From the NCBI GenBank assembly GCA_963830915.1, contig CAWHOE010000023.1, positions 1-37,570 of the forward strand: a stretch of 37,570 nucleotides of DNA. Reading direction: 5' to 3'. This DNA is from a candidate division FCPU426 bacterium. Lineage in GTDB: Bacteria > Oederibacteriota > Muellerivitia > Muellerivitales > Muellerivitaceae. A program made the position numbers and the translations under genes. The notes under the pieces are model-generated. The model ran no database searches. It saw only the letters and a list, made by a program, of their open reading frames with translations, and was not told the DNA's origin. Position 1 is the first letter of the stretch; each line of letters begins with the position of its first letter. Of the stretch, positions 1 to 8,578 are shown piece by piece.

Positions 1-2
1 TC

Positions 3-257
3 CCAAATCCAGCCCCTGGTGAGACGGTTTATAACCTTCCGCCCTATTACCCAGGTGATTCCAATGTACGCATCGAGATATTCACCTTGGGATTCCGTAA
101 GGTCATCGACATGACGGTGGATTCGGTGCCAACGGGAATGGCCATCACGGTCCGTTTGGTGGACAAAACAGGAAAACCCCTCGCCAATGGCCTCTATTAC
201 GTAGTCGTTACCACGAGGAATGGTCGGACCACTGGGAAACTACTGGTCATCAAGTAA
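3..257 (+). CDS. 3' end (partial) of a secreted protein: T9SS type-A-like C-terminal sorting domain
   Basis: Frame 3 reads PNPAPGETVYNLPPYYPGDSNVRIEIFTLGFRKVIDMTVDSVPTGMAITVRLVDKTGKPLANGLYYVVVTTRNGRTTGKLLVIK-stop. This is a close paralog of the C-terminus of 360..2768, with the PNP...G.Y.V...K...K pattern. Not in the ORF track because it runs off the window. Confidence 0.88.
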   Translation, partial: PNPAPGETVYNLPPYYPGDSNVRIEIFTLGFRKVIDMTVDSVPTGMAITVRLVDKTGKPLANGLYYVVVTTRNGRTTGKLLVIK

Positions 258-359
258 AGCGTTCAGATAATAATTCAATTCAACAGGACAGCCTGCAAAC
301 CGGGTTTTAATGCGTGAACAAAAGGGAGTGGGGTTGAAGCCCCATCCCGGGAATAAAAA

Positions 360-2768
360 ATGAAAAATCAATTGGGCCCTGACTTCCTGAATATTTTTCA
401 CCGCATGTGGCCGCTCTCAATCCTCCTTTTATTGATCTTGGGTTTTGGATCAATCGCAGTGGCCGCGGAAAAGACTTATTGCGTGCAGGTGGACTATTCG
501 GCTGTTCCTTCTCTCGTCAACTACCGAAAGATCACCTTGATCGTTAACGTGGGCACCTGCGCCTCGGTTACTGTCACGGCCGACGGGGCCGCAGTTTCGG
601 CGACCTATGTAGCCGCATCAGGAACGGCCGTCTTTACCACGACCGGTCAATCCATCGTGGTCACGGCGCAGAATTGGACCGCGGGCGGGACGGGCGCCGC
701 GACCAAAGCCATCCTTTATAACAACTACCATTGGGCCTACTCCCTTACTTTCGATGACAACCGATTGACACAATACGAGAACGCAAAACCCGTATTGGAC
801 GCGTTGGGATGGAGGGCGGGAGACGCGGTGGTGGCTTCGTGGGCTAACACGGGAGGAGGACCTGGTAGCGGCAACTACTATATGAATTGGGCTACTCTGC
901 AAGCGTTGAGAGCGGCGGGCTGGGATATCTTCAACCATTCCTATGACCATCCCAATCCGCTCACCTGTAACGGTAGCGCCACCGATATCCTTCCCGAGTT
1001 GAGCAAAAATCAAACCTATCTCCAGACCAATTTCCCTGGTTACAACGTCACCCATGTGGTCTTTCCCTACGAGGTGGATTCAGCCGATACATGCGCTGGC
1101 TTTCCGCCTACTTACATTCTTTCTGGGGAATGCTGCGGCAATTCCTACAACGTAGTGGACAATCCCGTGTTTTCCACCGTTGTGTTCCAACGCGGCGGGA
1201 TGTATGGGACGGATGACACAGCTTGGAAATCTCTGGCCGATACCACGGCCAACGCCAGTCAGCATGGGTGGCTTATCGAATTTACCCACAGTGTCTCGGC
1301 GGGCAGCGGCGCCATCGCCGATCAATACAGCACCAATGTGACAACCCTACAGGATTTGCTGAACCACTTGAACACAAGTTACGGGACGGCTGGCAACAAT
1401 AGCATGTGGTTCGCGCCTGCTGGGGAAGTAAGGGACTATCTTTTCACCAGGGATAACGCGGTGGTGACCACCTGCACCTCTCCATCCACACCCACCTTTA
1501 CATCTACTCCTACCATCGCGGCCACATTGACCCCTACCAGCACCCCTACCAAGACCTTCACGTTAGTGAATACCCCCACCTTTACCCCGACCAATACGAG
1601 GTCTTGGACACCTACAAATACCCCGACCTCCACCTTAACCAACACAACAACGAATACCTATACCCGCACATTCACCCCAGTCAATACAGCCACTCCCACT
1701 TTTACCAATACCAATACTTTAACCCAGGTGAACACGGCCACTTTCACCTGGACGCCCGTCTGGACAAATACCCAGACATCGACCAGCACCAAGACTTCTA
1801 CTCCTACTAATAGCTTTACTTCCACCTTCACCCACACCTTTACTCAAGTGAATACGGCCACCAACACCTCGACAGCTGTCTTCACTAATACGCCTACCTA
1901 CACAATGGTCGATACCTCTACCCCTACTTGGACCGGTACCTTCACGGCCACTAAGACTTTTACTCCCATCAACACCCCAACCAATACCGATACTTCTACA
2001 CGAACCCCGGTTTGGACCAATACCGAAACCTTAACCCCTATCAATACGGCCACTTCAACCTGGACCTTTACATCAACAAATACGCCTATATTCAGCAACA
2101 CCCCTTCCAACACCCCGACCGTGACCTTGAGTCCAACGCCAACCAAAACCAACACGGCGGTTTGGACCGCTACTTTCACCTTCACCCCCACCTGGACCCC
2201 GACCCCTACATCCACTCTTACCGATACATTGACTCAAACCAGTACTTTCAGTCAAACCCCCACAATCACCGCCACCAATTCCATGACCGCCACGTCCATC
2301 TCTACTGATACCTACACGAGTACGATAACCTTGACCCCGACAAAGATTTTCACGCCCACTTTCACATGGACTTTTAGCAACACGTTTACGCCGACCTACA
2401 CTGCCACCAAGACCAACACCCCCACTCAGACCTTCACTCCCACTAAAACATACACCCTCACATCCACCGTCACTCAAGCTCCTACGCCATTGGTAGGTCA
2501 TGTGGGCCTTTACCCCAATCCAGCTTCAGGAGAGACGGTCACTGTTCTTTCTCCTTTTTATCCGGGTGTTTCCAATGTGCGTATCGAGATATTCACCTTA
2601 GGATTCCGCAAAGTGATCGACATGACGGTTGACTCGGTGCCCACGGGAACGGGTATCACGGTCCGGTTGTTAGGCCGATTCAGTGCCCCCCTCGCCAATG
2701 GGCTTTATTACGTGGTGGTCACAACTAAATCGGGCAAGGCCATTGGAAAACTGCTGGTCATCAAATAA
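360..2768 (+). CDS. Secreted polysaccharide deacetylase (CE4/NodB domain) with long Thr/Pro-rich linker and T9SS-like C-terminal domain
   Basis: Signal peptide (LSILLLLILGFGSIAVAA). NodB motifs SLTFDD, NHSYDH, FPY, FTH. About 340 aa of T-x-T-P repeats. C-terminal YPNP...LANGLYYV...GKLLVIK. Confidence 0.85.
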   Translation: MKNQLGPDFLNIFHRMWPLSILLLLILGFGSIAVAAEKTYCVQVDYSAVPSLVNYRKITLIVNVGTCASVTVTADGAAVSATYVAASGTAVFTTTGQSIVVTAQNWTAGGTGAATKAILYNNYHWAYSLTFDDNRLTQYENAKPVLDALGWRAGDAVVASWANTGGGPGSGNYYMNWATLQALRAAGWDIFNHSYDHPNPLTCNGSATDILPELSKNQTYLQTNFPGYNVTHVVFPYEVDSADTCAGFPPTYILSGECCGNSYNVVDNPVFSTVVFQRGGMYGTDDTAWKSLADTTANASQHGWLIEFTHSVSAGSGAIADQYSTNVTTLQDLLNHLNTSYGTAGNNSMWFAPAGEVRDYLFTRDNAVVTTCTSPSTPTFTSTPTIAATLTPTSTPTKTFTLVNTPTFTPTNTRSWTPTNTPTSTLTNTTTNTYTRTFTPVNTATPTFTNTNTLTQVNTATFTWTPVWTNTQTSTSTKTSTPTNSFTSTFTHTFTQVNTATNTSTAVFTNTPTYTMVDTSTPTWTGTFTATKTFTPINTPTNTDTSTRTPVWTNTETLTPINTATSTWTFTSTNTPIFSNTPSNTPTVTLSPTPTKTNTAVWTATFTFTPTWTPTPTSTLTDTLTQTSTFSQTPTITATNSMTATSISTDTYTSTITLTPTKIFTPTFTWTFSNTFTPTYTATKTNTPTQTFTPTKTYTLTSTVTQAPTPLVGHVGLYPNPASGETVTVLSPFYPGVSNVRIEIFTLGFRKVIDMTVDSVPTGTGITVRLLGRFSAPLANGLYYVVVTTKSGKAIGKLLVIK

Positions 2769-2779
2769 AGGGGGAAAAA

Positions 2780-3055
2780 ATGGAAGAATTAAGGATTGGG
2801 GATTTTGGGATCAGGAATTCAGAGAAGGCCAGACCCAAGATGGAAGATGTCGCTGAGATGGCGAAGGTTTGCAAGGCGACTGTTTCAATGGTTTTGAACA
2901 ACGATTCTCGGATCACCGAAGAGACCCGTCAAAGGGTATTGGTGGTTGTAAAAAAACTTGATTACCAGGTCAATGAAAAGGCCAGGGCTTTGGCCCTTTG
3001 CAAAAGGTCAAAGATCAAAACCCGGGTTTTTGAACTGGCTACAATCCCAGTTTAG
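2780..3055 (+). CDS. Stand-alone LacI-family helix-turn-helix protein (no effector domain)
   Basis: MEDVAEMAKVCKATVSMVLNNDSRITEETRQRVL...LDYQVNEKARALA matches the LacI HTH and hinge. AGGGGG SD upstream. Only 91 aa. Confidence 0.8.
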   Translation: MEELRIGDFGIRNSEKARPKMEDVAEMAKVCKATVSMVLNNDSRITEETRQRVLVVVKKLDYQVNEKARALALCKRSKIKTRVFELATIPV

Positions 3056-3145
3056 AAAAAACGAAGCATCGGTTGCCAAAATTACTAGATTAGTCCCATC
3101 GGAACCTTTATTAGTCTTGAGATAAATAGAAACCTGAATTGATTT

Positions 3146-3187
3146 GCCCTGTAGCGCGACTGTAAGGCTCTGCTACTGGGCTTTTTT
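3146..3187 (+). terminator. Probable intrinsic terminator
   Basis: GCCC-T-GTAGC...GCTAC-T-GGGC stem followed by TTTTTT. Confidence 0.5.
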
Positions 3188-3237
3188 GTTTATAATGGGG
3201 TCTCAAGTGAATCGCGGGGATCAAAGGAGCCATCAGA

Positions 3238-3840
3238 ATGAAAAGTGTGGTTTTGATCGTGCTTTTGACCATGGGGTTGATATTCCAGGCCGCGGCGGAT
3301 GAATCGAGCTGGGGTATCCGGGGAGGATTCACCTTGGCTTCTCAGACCGGGACGGCCGACAGCATGTTGATAGGATTGACCACCGGGGTTTTCGCGGACT
3401 TGAACCTGGGGAACCGTTTTTCCTTTCAACCCGAATTGGATTTCACGATGAAGGGAACCCATATTGGGGGCGCACTTACGGTCCCAGGTCAGCCCGCGGG
3501 CCTTTCCGTGGATGACGACTTCGATTATTTCGAATTGCCCCTTCTTTTTAAGGTCAACAAGGACCTTTCCCGAATGATGGTCGGCAGTCTTTCAGCCGGA
3601 CCCGCCTTCGGCCTTCTTTTGAACCCTAACGATCACTATGCGATCGGTAATTATCCCCATGGCCAAACAATAACCGGCGCCCCGGCGGACGCAGGCCTGA
3701 TGATCGGGGCCGGCATTGAACTGGACCAACTGCTGTTCGATCTTCGTTATGAAATGGGTTTAGTACCGGCTTACGCGAATAGCCCCAATGGGCCGCAAAA
3801 CAACACGCTTTCCTTGCAGGTGGGATATCGTATCCAGTAA
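3238..3840 (+). CDS. Outer-membrane beta-barrel protein (porin/PorT-like family)
   Basis: Signal peptide. WGIRGG, FSFQPELDFTMKG, YFELPLLFK and DLRYEMGL motifs. Terminal strand LSLQVGYRI. GGAG SD. Confidence 0.8.
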   Translation: MKSVVLIVLLTMGLIFQAAADESSWGIRGGFTLASQTGTADSMLIGLTTGVFADLNLGNRFSFQPELDFTMKGTHIGGALTVPGQPAGLSVDDDFDYFELPLLFKVNKDLSRMMVGSLSAGPAFGLLLNPNDHYAIGNYPHGQTITGAPADAGLMIGAGIELDQLLFDLRYEMGLVPAYANSPNGPQNNTLSLQVGYRIQ

Positions 3841-3859
3841 ATAATATGTGGAGGTCGTT

Positions 3860-4615
3860 ATGAAGTATAAGCTGGATCCGCGAATAGGCATAGGTCTCCT
3901 TTCGTTCGTTTTCCTCCCGAAACTTATGGCCAGTTGTCCCGATCCAAATCCGAGAACCAGAACCATGTTCACCAGGGCAGATGTGGCCGTCATAGGGACA
4001 GTTGTTTCAGCTCGGGGCCTGGATGAAAAGGGAAATCCCACCAAGAAACCGGAGGATATTCAACCTTTGGGTGAGGCGGCCACCCTGATTTATAAGGTGA
4101 AGACGGAAAAATATTTCAAAGGCACCCAATCCGACACGGTCGAAATATGTGAAGGAAATACTTCCGCCAGAATGGGGATAGAGCTGGGCCACAAGTATCT
4201 TTTTATGGTCAAAAGGAATGAAAAGGGCGAGCTGTGCGGGGGTTGTTACGACGCCATTGATAGTTTGGACAAGAATTTTGAAAAAGTGGTAGCGGAAATA
4301 GCGGTCGTGATGGCCAATATCAAAAAAGGAGCCGATGGGGATATCCTGGGGTTCATTGGGAACGGCCAAAGGTCAGGTTCGGACGGTTTGGCGGGTTTCC
4401 ACCTGGTTTTGAAGGGAAGAGGGCGACCAAAGATCATCGTCAGCGACAAAAAGGGCTGGTTCCATATTCCCGTTCGCCCAGGGCATTACAAGATCGAGTC
4501 ATTGGAACCCAATAAACCTATCGAAATGACGGATTATTCCCCGGATGATCCGGCCGGTTTTGATGTGCTAACCGCGGGCGGAGCGGAATTGGGATTAAAG
4601 ACAAAACAGAAATGA
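3860..4615 (+). CDS. Exported protein with TIMP/NTR-like N-terminal domain and carboxypeptidase-regulatory-like Ig domain
   Basis: GGAGG SD before ATG 3860. Hydrophobic leader, then SCP...ADVAVIGTVVS...YKVKTEKYFKG...G.KYL...CGGC. C-terminal SDKKGWFHIPVRPGHYKI. Confidence 0.55.
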   Translation: MKYKLDPRIGIGLLSFVFLPKLMASCPDPNPRTRTMFTRADVAVIGTVVSARGLDEKGNPTKKPEDIQPLGEAATLIYKVKTEKYFKGTQSDTVEICEGNTSARMGIELGHKYLFMVKRNEKGELCGGCYDAIDSLDKNFEKVVAEIAVVMANIKKGADGDILGFIGNGQRSGSDGLAGFHLVLKGRGRPKIIVSDKKGWFHIPVRPGHYKIESLEPNKPIEMTDYSPDDPAGFDVLTAGGAELGLKTKQK

Positions 4616-4821
4616 AATATTAGACGGAATCTTCTCTGTTTCCGAGCTTTCGCCAGCCCTACCAAAATCCAATTCATTGTGGTGAACTGAGCTTAGGCTG
4701 GATTCAGTGCTGGTCTAAATTTATGTACTTTTATTGAGATTTTGACCAAAAACGGCCAAATATAATAATGTGCTAAAATATAAAGGTTCTCCGATTTCCC
4801 TTATGGAATAGGACAGGTCAT

Positions 4822-4986
4822 ATGAATCTGCAGTTATTTTTGATCCTCTTTGTTGCTTTGGTCCTCCTGACATTCTTGTTGGGTTTGAGCCCATCAACGC
4901 GGCTCGTTGTTATCACTTTCCCTGGTGTTCAACCTCATCTCCTTTCCAAATGTGTTGTGGAAGAACCGATGGCCGCCATTGAGTAA
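4822..4986 (+). CDS. Possible small membrane peptide (54 aa)
   Basis: ATG with GGA/AGGT upstream. Reads MNLQLFLILFVALVLLTFLLGLSPSTRLVV... with one TM helix. Its stop overlaps a candidate TTG start (4979) of the next gene. Confidence 0.3.
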   Translation: MNLQLFLILFVALVLLTFLLGLSPSTRLVVITFPGVQPHLLSKCVVEEPMAAIE

Positions 4987-7900
4987 GCCTTCAATTAGCA
5001 ATCTGGGGCGGCATGGTTACCGGTTAATCTTGGTATTATCTTTCCTGATCTCTTTTTCTTTTTTACCTAATACCGGATCGACGACCAATTGTTGCGCGAT
5101 CGATACCGCTTGGACCAATAATACGGCCGGAAGCGGAGCGGTTGGGTTTGGGGGCATTGTAGTAGATACCAACCGCAATATTATTTACGCTTGTGGGAAG
5201 ACCGGTGACTTAAACATTTCGGAATTCAATCTTCTAACTGGCGCCTATATCAAGGACCTGGGAACCACGGGAGAGTTTGGTGGTTGTTTTACATTGTTCC
5301 TGGATCCAACCGATACTTATTTGTTTATGGGTGACAGGATCCATGACGCAGTCTATAAGGTCAATTTGAGCGATGGGAGCATCGCGGCCACAGTGGTTTC
5401 GGGTTCAATCGGGGGTATCAACGGGGTCTGTGTTGATACCAACAACGATGTTTATGTGACTTCGGACACAACCAACCTTGTATACCGGTATAGCCCTTCC
5501 GGTGTCACCTATACGGGGGGGGTACTTCCTTTGCCAACCCCGCCTGCGATAGGAAAACCCGCTGGGATTTATAAATCAGGCAGTACTCTGGTCCTGACTG
5601 ATGCGACGAATAATTTGGTCGTCGGTTACCAACAATCGGGAACCAGCTTCATTTCTCCAACAATATGGGCAAGCGGGGGAAGTGCCCTTTCCCAAGTGTC
5701 CGATCCGCTTGAGATCACGATGGATAGCGCTGGGAATTTCAATGTCGCCTGTTATGGAGACAATCAATTTGTGGCGTTCGACCATACGGGAAATTATTTG
5801 TATGGCTGTAATAACCCACTTTACGATATGCCGGTCGGTCTGGGAGTGGACAGTTTGGGAAATCTCTATTTGGGAGGTTACACCAATACATTGATCACGA
5901 AGATCGACAATGCTTGTGTCACTTTGATCACTCCGACCCCTACGAATACTTATACGGCTTCACCCACCAATACTTCGACCAATTCAATGACACCTTCGAT
6001 GTCTTTTACTCCAACTTGGACATTTACGCCTACATATACGCCAACGCCAACCTTGACCTGCAGTCCAACGATGACGGCTACTATCATGAAAAGCCCCACG
6101 CCCGATTGCTGTCAGGGGATCGCCAATATCACGGGGTTCACCCAACCCACGGGATTAGGTATCGATTATCCGAATAACCGCATTTATGTGGCGGACCGGA
6201 TCGCTCCCGCGGTGTACGTGTATGACGCGACTAGCCGGGCCTTGATTAACACCATCACGACCTGGTCGGGAGGCTCGTTCCATTACCCAGTGGACGCGAC
6301 TATCGATGATCAGGGGAACTTCTATATCGCGGAATACAACAACCAAGCGGTGGAAGAGTTCACGTCCTCCTACAGCTTCGCTGCCACCATTGGGGCGGGG
6401 ATCGTGGGTCAGGCCCGGGGGTGTTGGGTCAGCAAGCAGGGAATGACCTATTCCCTTTATGTCACCAGCCAGACCAACTACGTTTACCGACTTGACAACA
6501 CGGGGTCTGGATATACCGCCGCGGCCACATTCGGTGGACCATCGCAACTGATGTGGCCAACAGGAGTGACAAAGGTTGGTACCAAGATCTACGTGACCGA
6601 TTTCAACAACGGTAATTCCCGTCTGGTGAGTTTCGACGAAAGCGCTGGTTACGCTATGGCCGTACCCATACCGCCGTCCGCGGGAGTCGATCCCTATACG
6701 TGCCGGACGGACCTGATGGGTAACTTCTATGTTTCCAATTACAACGCCGGGATGAATGTGTACGACCCGAGCTTCAATTTATTGAGTTCCTGCGCTTTGC
6801 CCAATAATCCCTGGGGAATAGCGGTCAATCCGCTGGGGCAAATATTCGTCAGTGAGGTGTTCGGTAATTCGGTGACCGTGATCCAGGGATGTATCGCGCA
6901 GATGACCCCCACCTTGGCCCCAACCAACACGGTAACGAACACCCAGACCTCAACCTTCAGCCCTACCTTTACCCCTACCACGACGAGTTCGTTCACCGCC
7001 ACTTTCAGTGTTACTTCCACTTTTACTAATTCAAGTACCGACACAGCGACCGTTTCGATGACACCGACACTGTCACTCACCCCTGCGCCTTCCCCGACGG
7101 GAACAAGTACGGCTACGCCAACGATGACTTTTACGCCTACCAACTCATTCACGATTACGGATACTGTCACTGCCACCAACAGCCCCACCCTGACCTTGAC
7201 ACCCACGGTCACTTTTACCATGACATTTTCTGGGACGTCGACCTCGACCCAAACTCCCACTAATTCCGCGACGAACACCGATTCGGTCACCCCCACCAAC
7301 ACGGCAACTATGACCCTTTCCCCCACCGATAGCTTCACACCCACCGCTACATTCACGGATTCGATGACGGCCACACCGACCAATAGCCCTACACCCACGG
7401 ATACTTTTACAGATACCTATACCCCGACGCTGACCTTCACCAAAACTTCCACGCAATCACCCACCAATAGCGCCACCCCAACCTCGACCTGCACCGCGAC
7501 CAAGACTCCAACCTTTACTGCCACGCGAACCGCCACCTCCACCCCGACCGCTACTTCGACCCCGACCAACACTGCGACCCTGACGGATTCCCCGACGGCG
7601 ACCAAAACACCGACCCAAACCGCGACCAACACCGTTACCATGACCCCCACGATCACCGACACTCCCACTATTACTGACACGCCGACCTTGACGCCAACCT
7701 TTCCGACAGATTGCAACAGATTTTACGTCTCCAAGAACCTTTTGATGGCCAACCAAGGAGCTGTTTCCATTTCGGTGGTGGATTGTGAGGATCACTCGGG
7801 GTATTTCACTTTGAATATCTATAACTCGGCCGGGGAATTGGTAAGGAACCTGATGACTTGTTACATCGTGAAGCCGTTCGTCGTGAACTACCAATGGGAC

Positions 7901-8002
7901 GGAAAGAATTCCTATGGTGAAATTTGCGCCAGCGGTGTTTATATCATCGAACTTCGCTCCCCTTTCGCGAGGAAAGAACGAAAAATCATTTTGATACGTT
8001 AA
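4907..8002 (+). CDS. Secreted protein with two NHL/SMP-30-like beta-propellers, Thr/Pro-rich linkers and FlgD-Ig/T9SS-like C-terminal domain (true start may be TTG 4979)
   Basis: Repeated P.G+.+D..G.+YV.D motifs (PVGLGVDSLGNLY, PTGLGIDYPNNRIYVAD, PWGIAVNPLGQIFVSE). Cys pairs flank the domains. C-terminal IYNSAGELVR...WDGKN..G...ASGVY. Confidence 0.85.
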   Translation: MLSLSLVFNLISFPNVLWKNRWPPLSKPSISNLGRHGYRLILVLSFLISFSFLPNTGSTTNCCAIDTAWTNNTAGSGAVGFGGIVVDTNRNIIYACGKTGDLNISEFNLLTGAYIKDLGTTGEFGGCFTLFLDPTDTYLFMGDRIHDAVYKVNLSDGSIAATVVSGSIGGINGVCVDTNNDVYVTSDTTNLVYRYSPSGVTYTGGVLPLPTPPAIGKPAGIYKSGSTLVLTDATNNLVVGYQQSGTSFISPTIWASGGSALSQVSDPLEITMDSAGNFNVACYGDNQFVAFDHTGNYLYGCNNPLYDMPVGLGVDSLGNLYLGGYTNTLITKIDNACVTLITPTPTNTYTASPTNTSTNSMTPSMSFTPTWTFTPTYTPTPTLTCSPTMTATIMKSPTPDCCQGIANITGFTQPTGLGIDYPNNRIYVADRIAPAVYVYDATSRALINTITTWSGGSFHYPVDATIDDQGNFYIAEYNNQAVEEFTSSYSFAATIGAGIVGQARGCWVSKQGMTYSLYVTSQTNYVYRLDNTGSGYTAAATFGGPSQLMWPTGVTKVGTKIYVTDFNNGNSRLVSFDESAGYAMAVPIPPSAGVDPYTCRTDLMGNFYVSNYNAGMNVYDPSFNLLSSCALPNNPWGIAVNPLGQIFVSEVFGNSVTVIQGCIAQMTPTLAPTNTVTNTQTSTFSPTFTPTTTSSFTATFSVTSTFTNSSTDTATVSMTPTLSLTPAPSPTGTSTATPTMTFTPTNSFTITDTVTATNSPTLTLTPTVTFTMTFSGTSTSTQTPTNSATNTDSVTPTNTATMTLSPTDSFTPTATFTDSMTATPTNSPTPTDTFTDTYTPTLTFTKTSTQSPTNSATPTSTCTATKTPTFTATRTATSTPTATSTPTNTATLTDSPTATKTPTQTATNTVTMTPTITDTPTITDTPTLTPTFPTDCNRFYVSKNLLMANQGAVSISVVDCEDHSGYFTLNIYNSAGELVRNLMTCYIVKPFVVNYQWDGKNSYGEICASGVYIIELRSPFARKERKIILIR

Positions 8003-8181
8003 TTGAAGGTTAAGAAATCCAACCGTCAATAAGTTCGAACGCAAAACCTGATGGACAAATCCCCAATAATAATTATTTGGAATACAGCTCTTTTTGGCTC
8101 GATTAGGAGTAGTGTCCTTGTATGGCTGGTTCAACCCATGTTGGTGAAGTGGGTAAGGGACCCCGGCTACGAGGAGATTAC

Positions 8182-8508
8182 ATGTCACAAGTACAAAAAA
8201 TGATAATGTTGAATAAAGTGGATGAAAACGCCGTCCCGACAGGAGGTTCTGTCCGGGGTATCGGTATCGCCATTGACTGGCAGACGGGCCCTTTAGGGAA
8301 AGACGCAGCGCGCAAAGAACAGAACGGGGCTTTTGTGGAAGATGTGCTGGTCGCCTGCCTCGATCGATTGAAGTATTATCAGAATTCCAAGTTCAACTGC
8401 CCTGAATACGTTCTGTCCATCAGCGGATTGGAAGAGGCCATCAAATGGCTCGGGAAAAGGACAGAGGACCGAGAGAAAAGATTGGTAGAAGGCACGAACG
8501 AAAGTTGA
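8182..8508 (+). CDS. Tad1/Acb2-superfamily (anti-defence nucleotide sponge) homolog
   Basis: GAGGAG SD before ATG 8182. IDWQTGP...NGAFVEDVLVACLDRLKYYQNSKFNCPEY...LEEAIKWLGKRTEDREKRLVEGT aligns by eye with the recalled Tad1 pattern IxFQxG...G...DLL...DRLxxFQxGxF..REN.....EEALMW+..R..DR..R.V.GT. Confidence 0.8.
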   Translation: MSQVQKMIMLNKVDENAVPTGGSVRGIGIAIDWQTGPLGKDAARKEQNGAFVEDVLVACLDRLKYYQNSKFNCPEYVLSISGLEEAIKWLGKRTEDREKRLVEGTNES

Positions 8509-8536
8509 AGCCGGAGGTTGTTCCATCCGGCTTCAA
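8505..8536. terminator. Hairpin between convergent genes
   Basis: Perfect 11-bp inverted repeat TTGAAGCCGGA/TCCGGCTTCAA. Confidence 0.6.
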
Positions 8537-8578
8537 GTGTTTGGATGAATTTTATTCACCTGCGTTGAAATCTCTTTG

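Noticed and set aside
1436..7716. Val/Gly-rich minus-strand ORFs (1436-1645, 1898-2215, 6739-7398, 7417-7716)
   Set aside because: Antisense shadows of Thr/Pro codon runs.
8122..8181. Longer start for the Tad1-like gene
   Set aside because: ATG 8182 has a well-spaced GAGGAG SD and the extension shows no family resemblance. An AGGAG does lie upstream of 8122, so it is not fully excluded.
8003..8578. Prophage remnant around the Tad1-like gene
   Set aside because: No integrase, structural genes, tRNA or att-like direct repeats seen.
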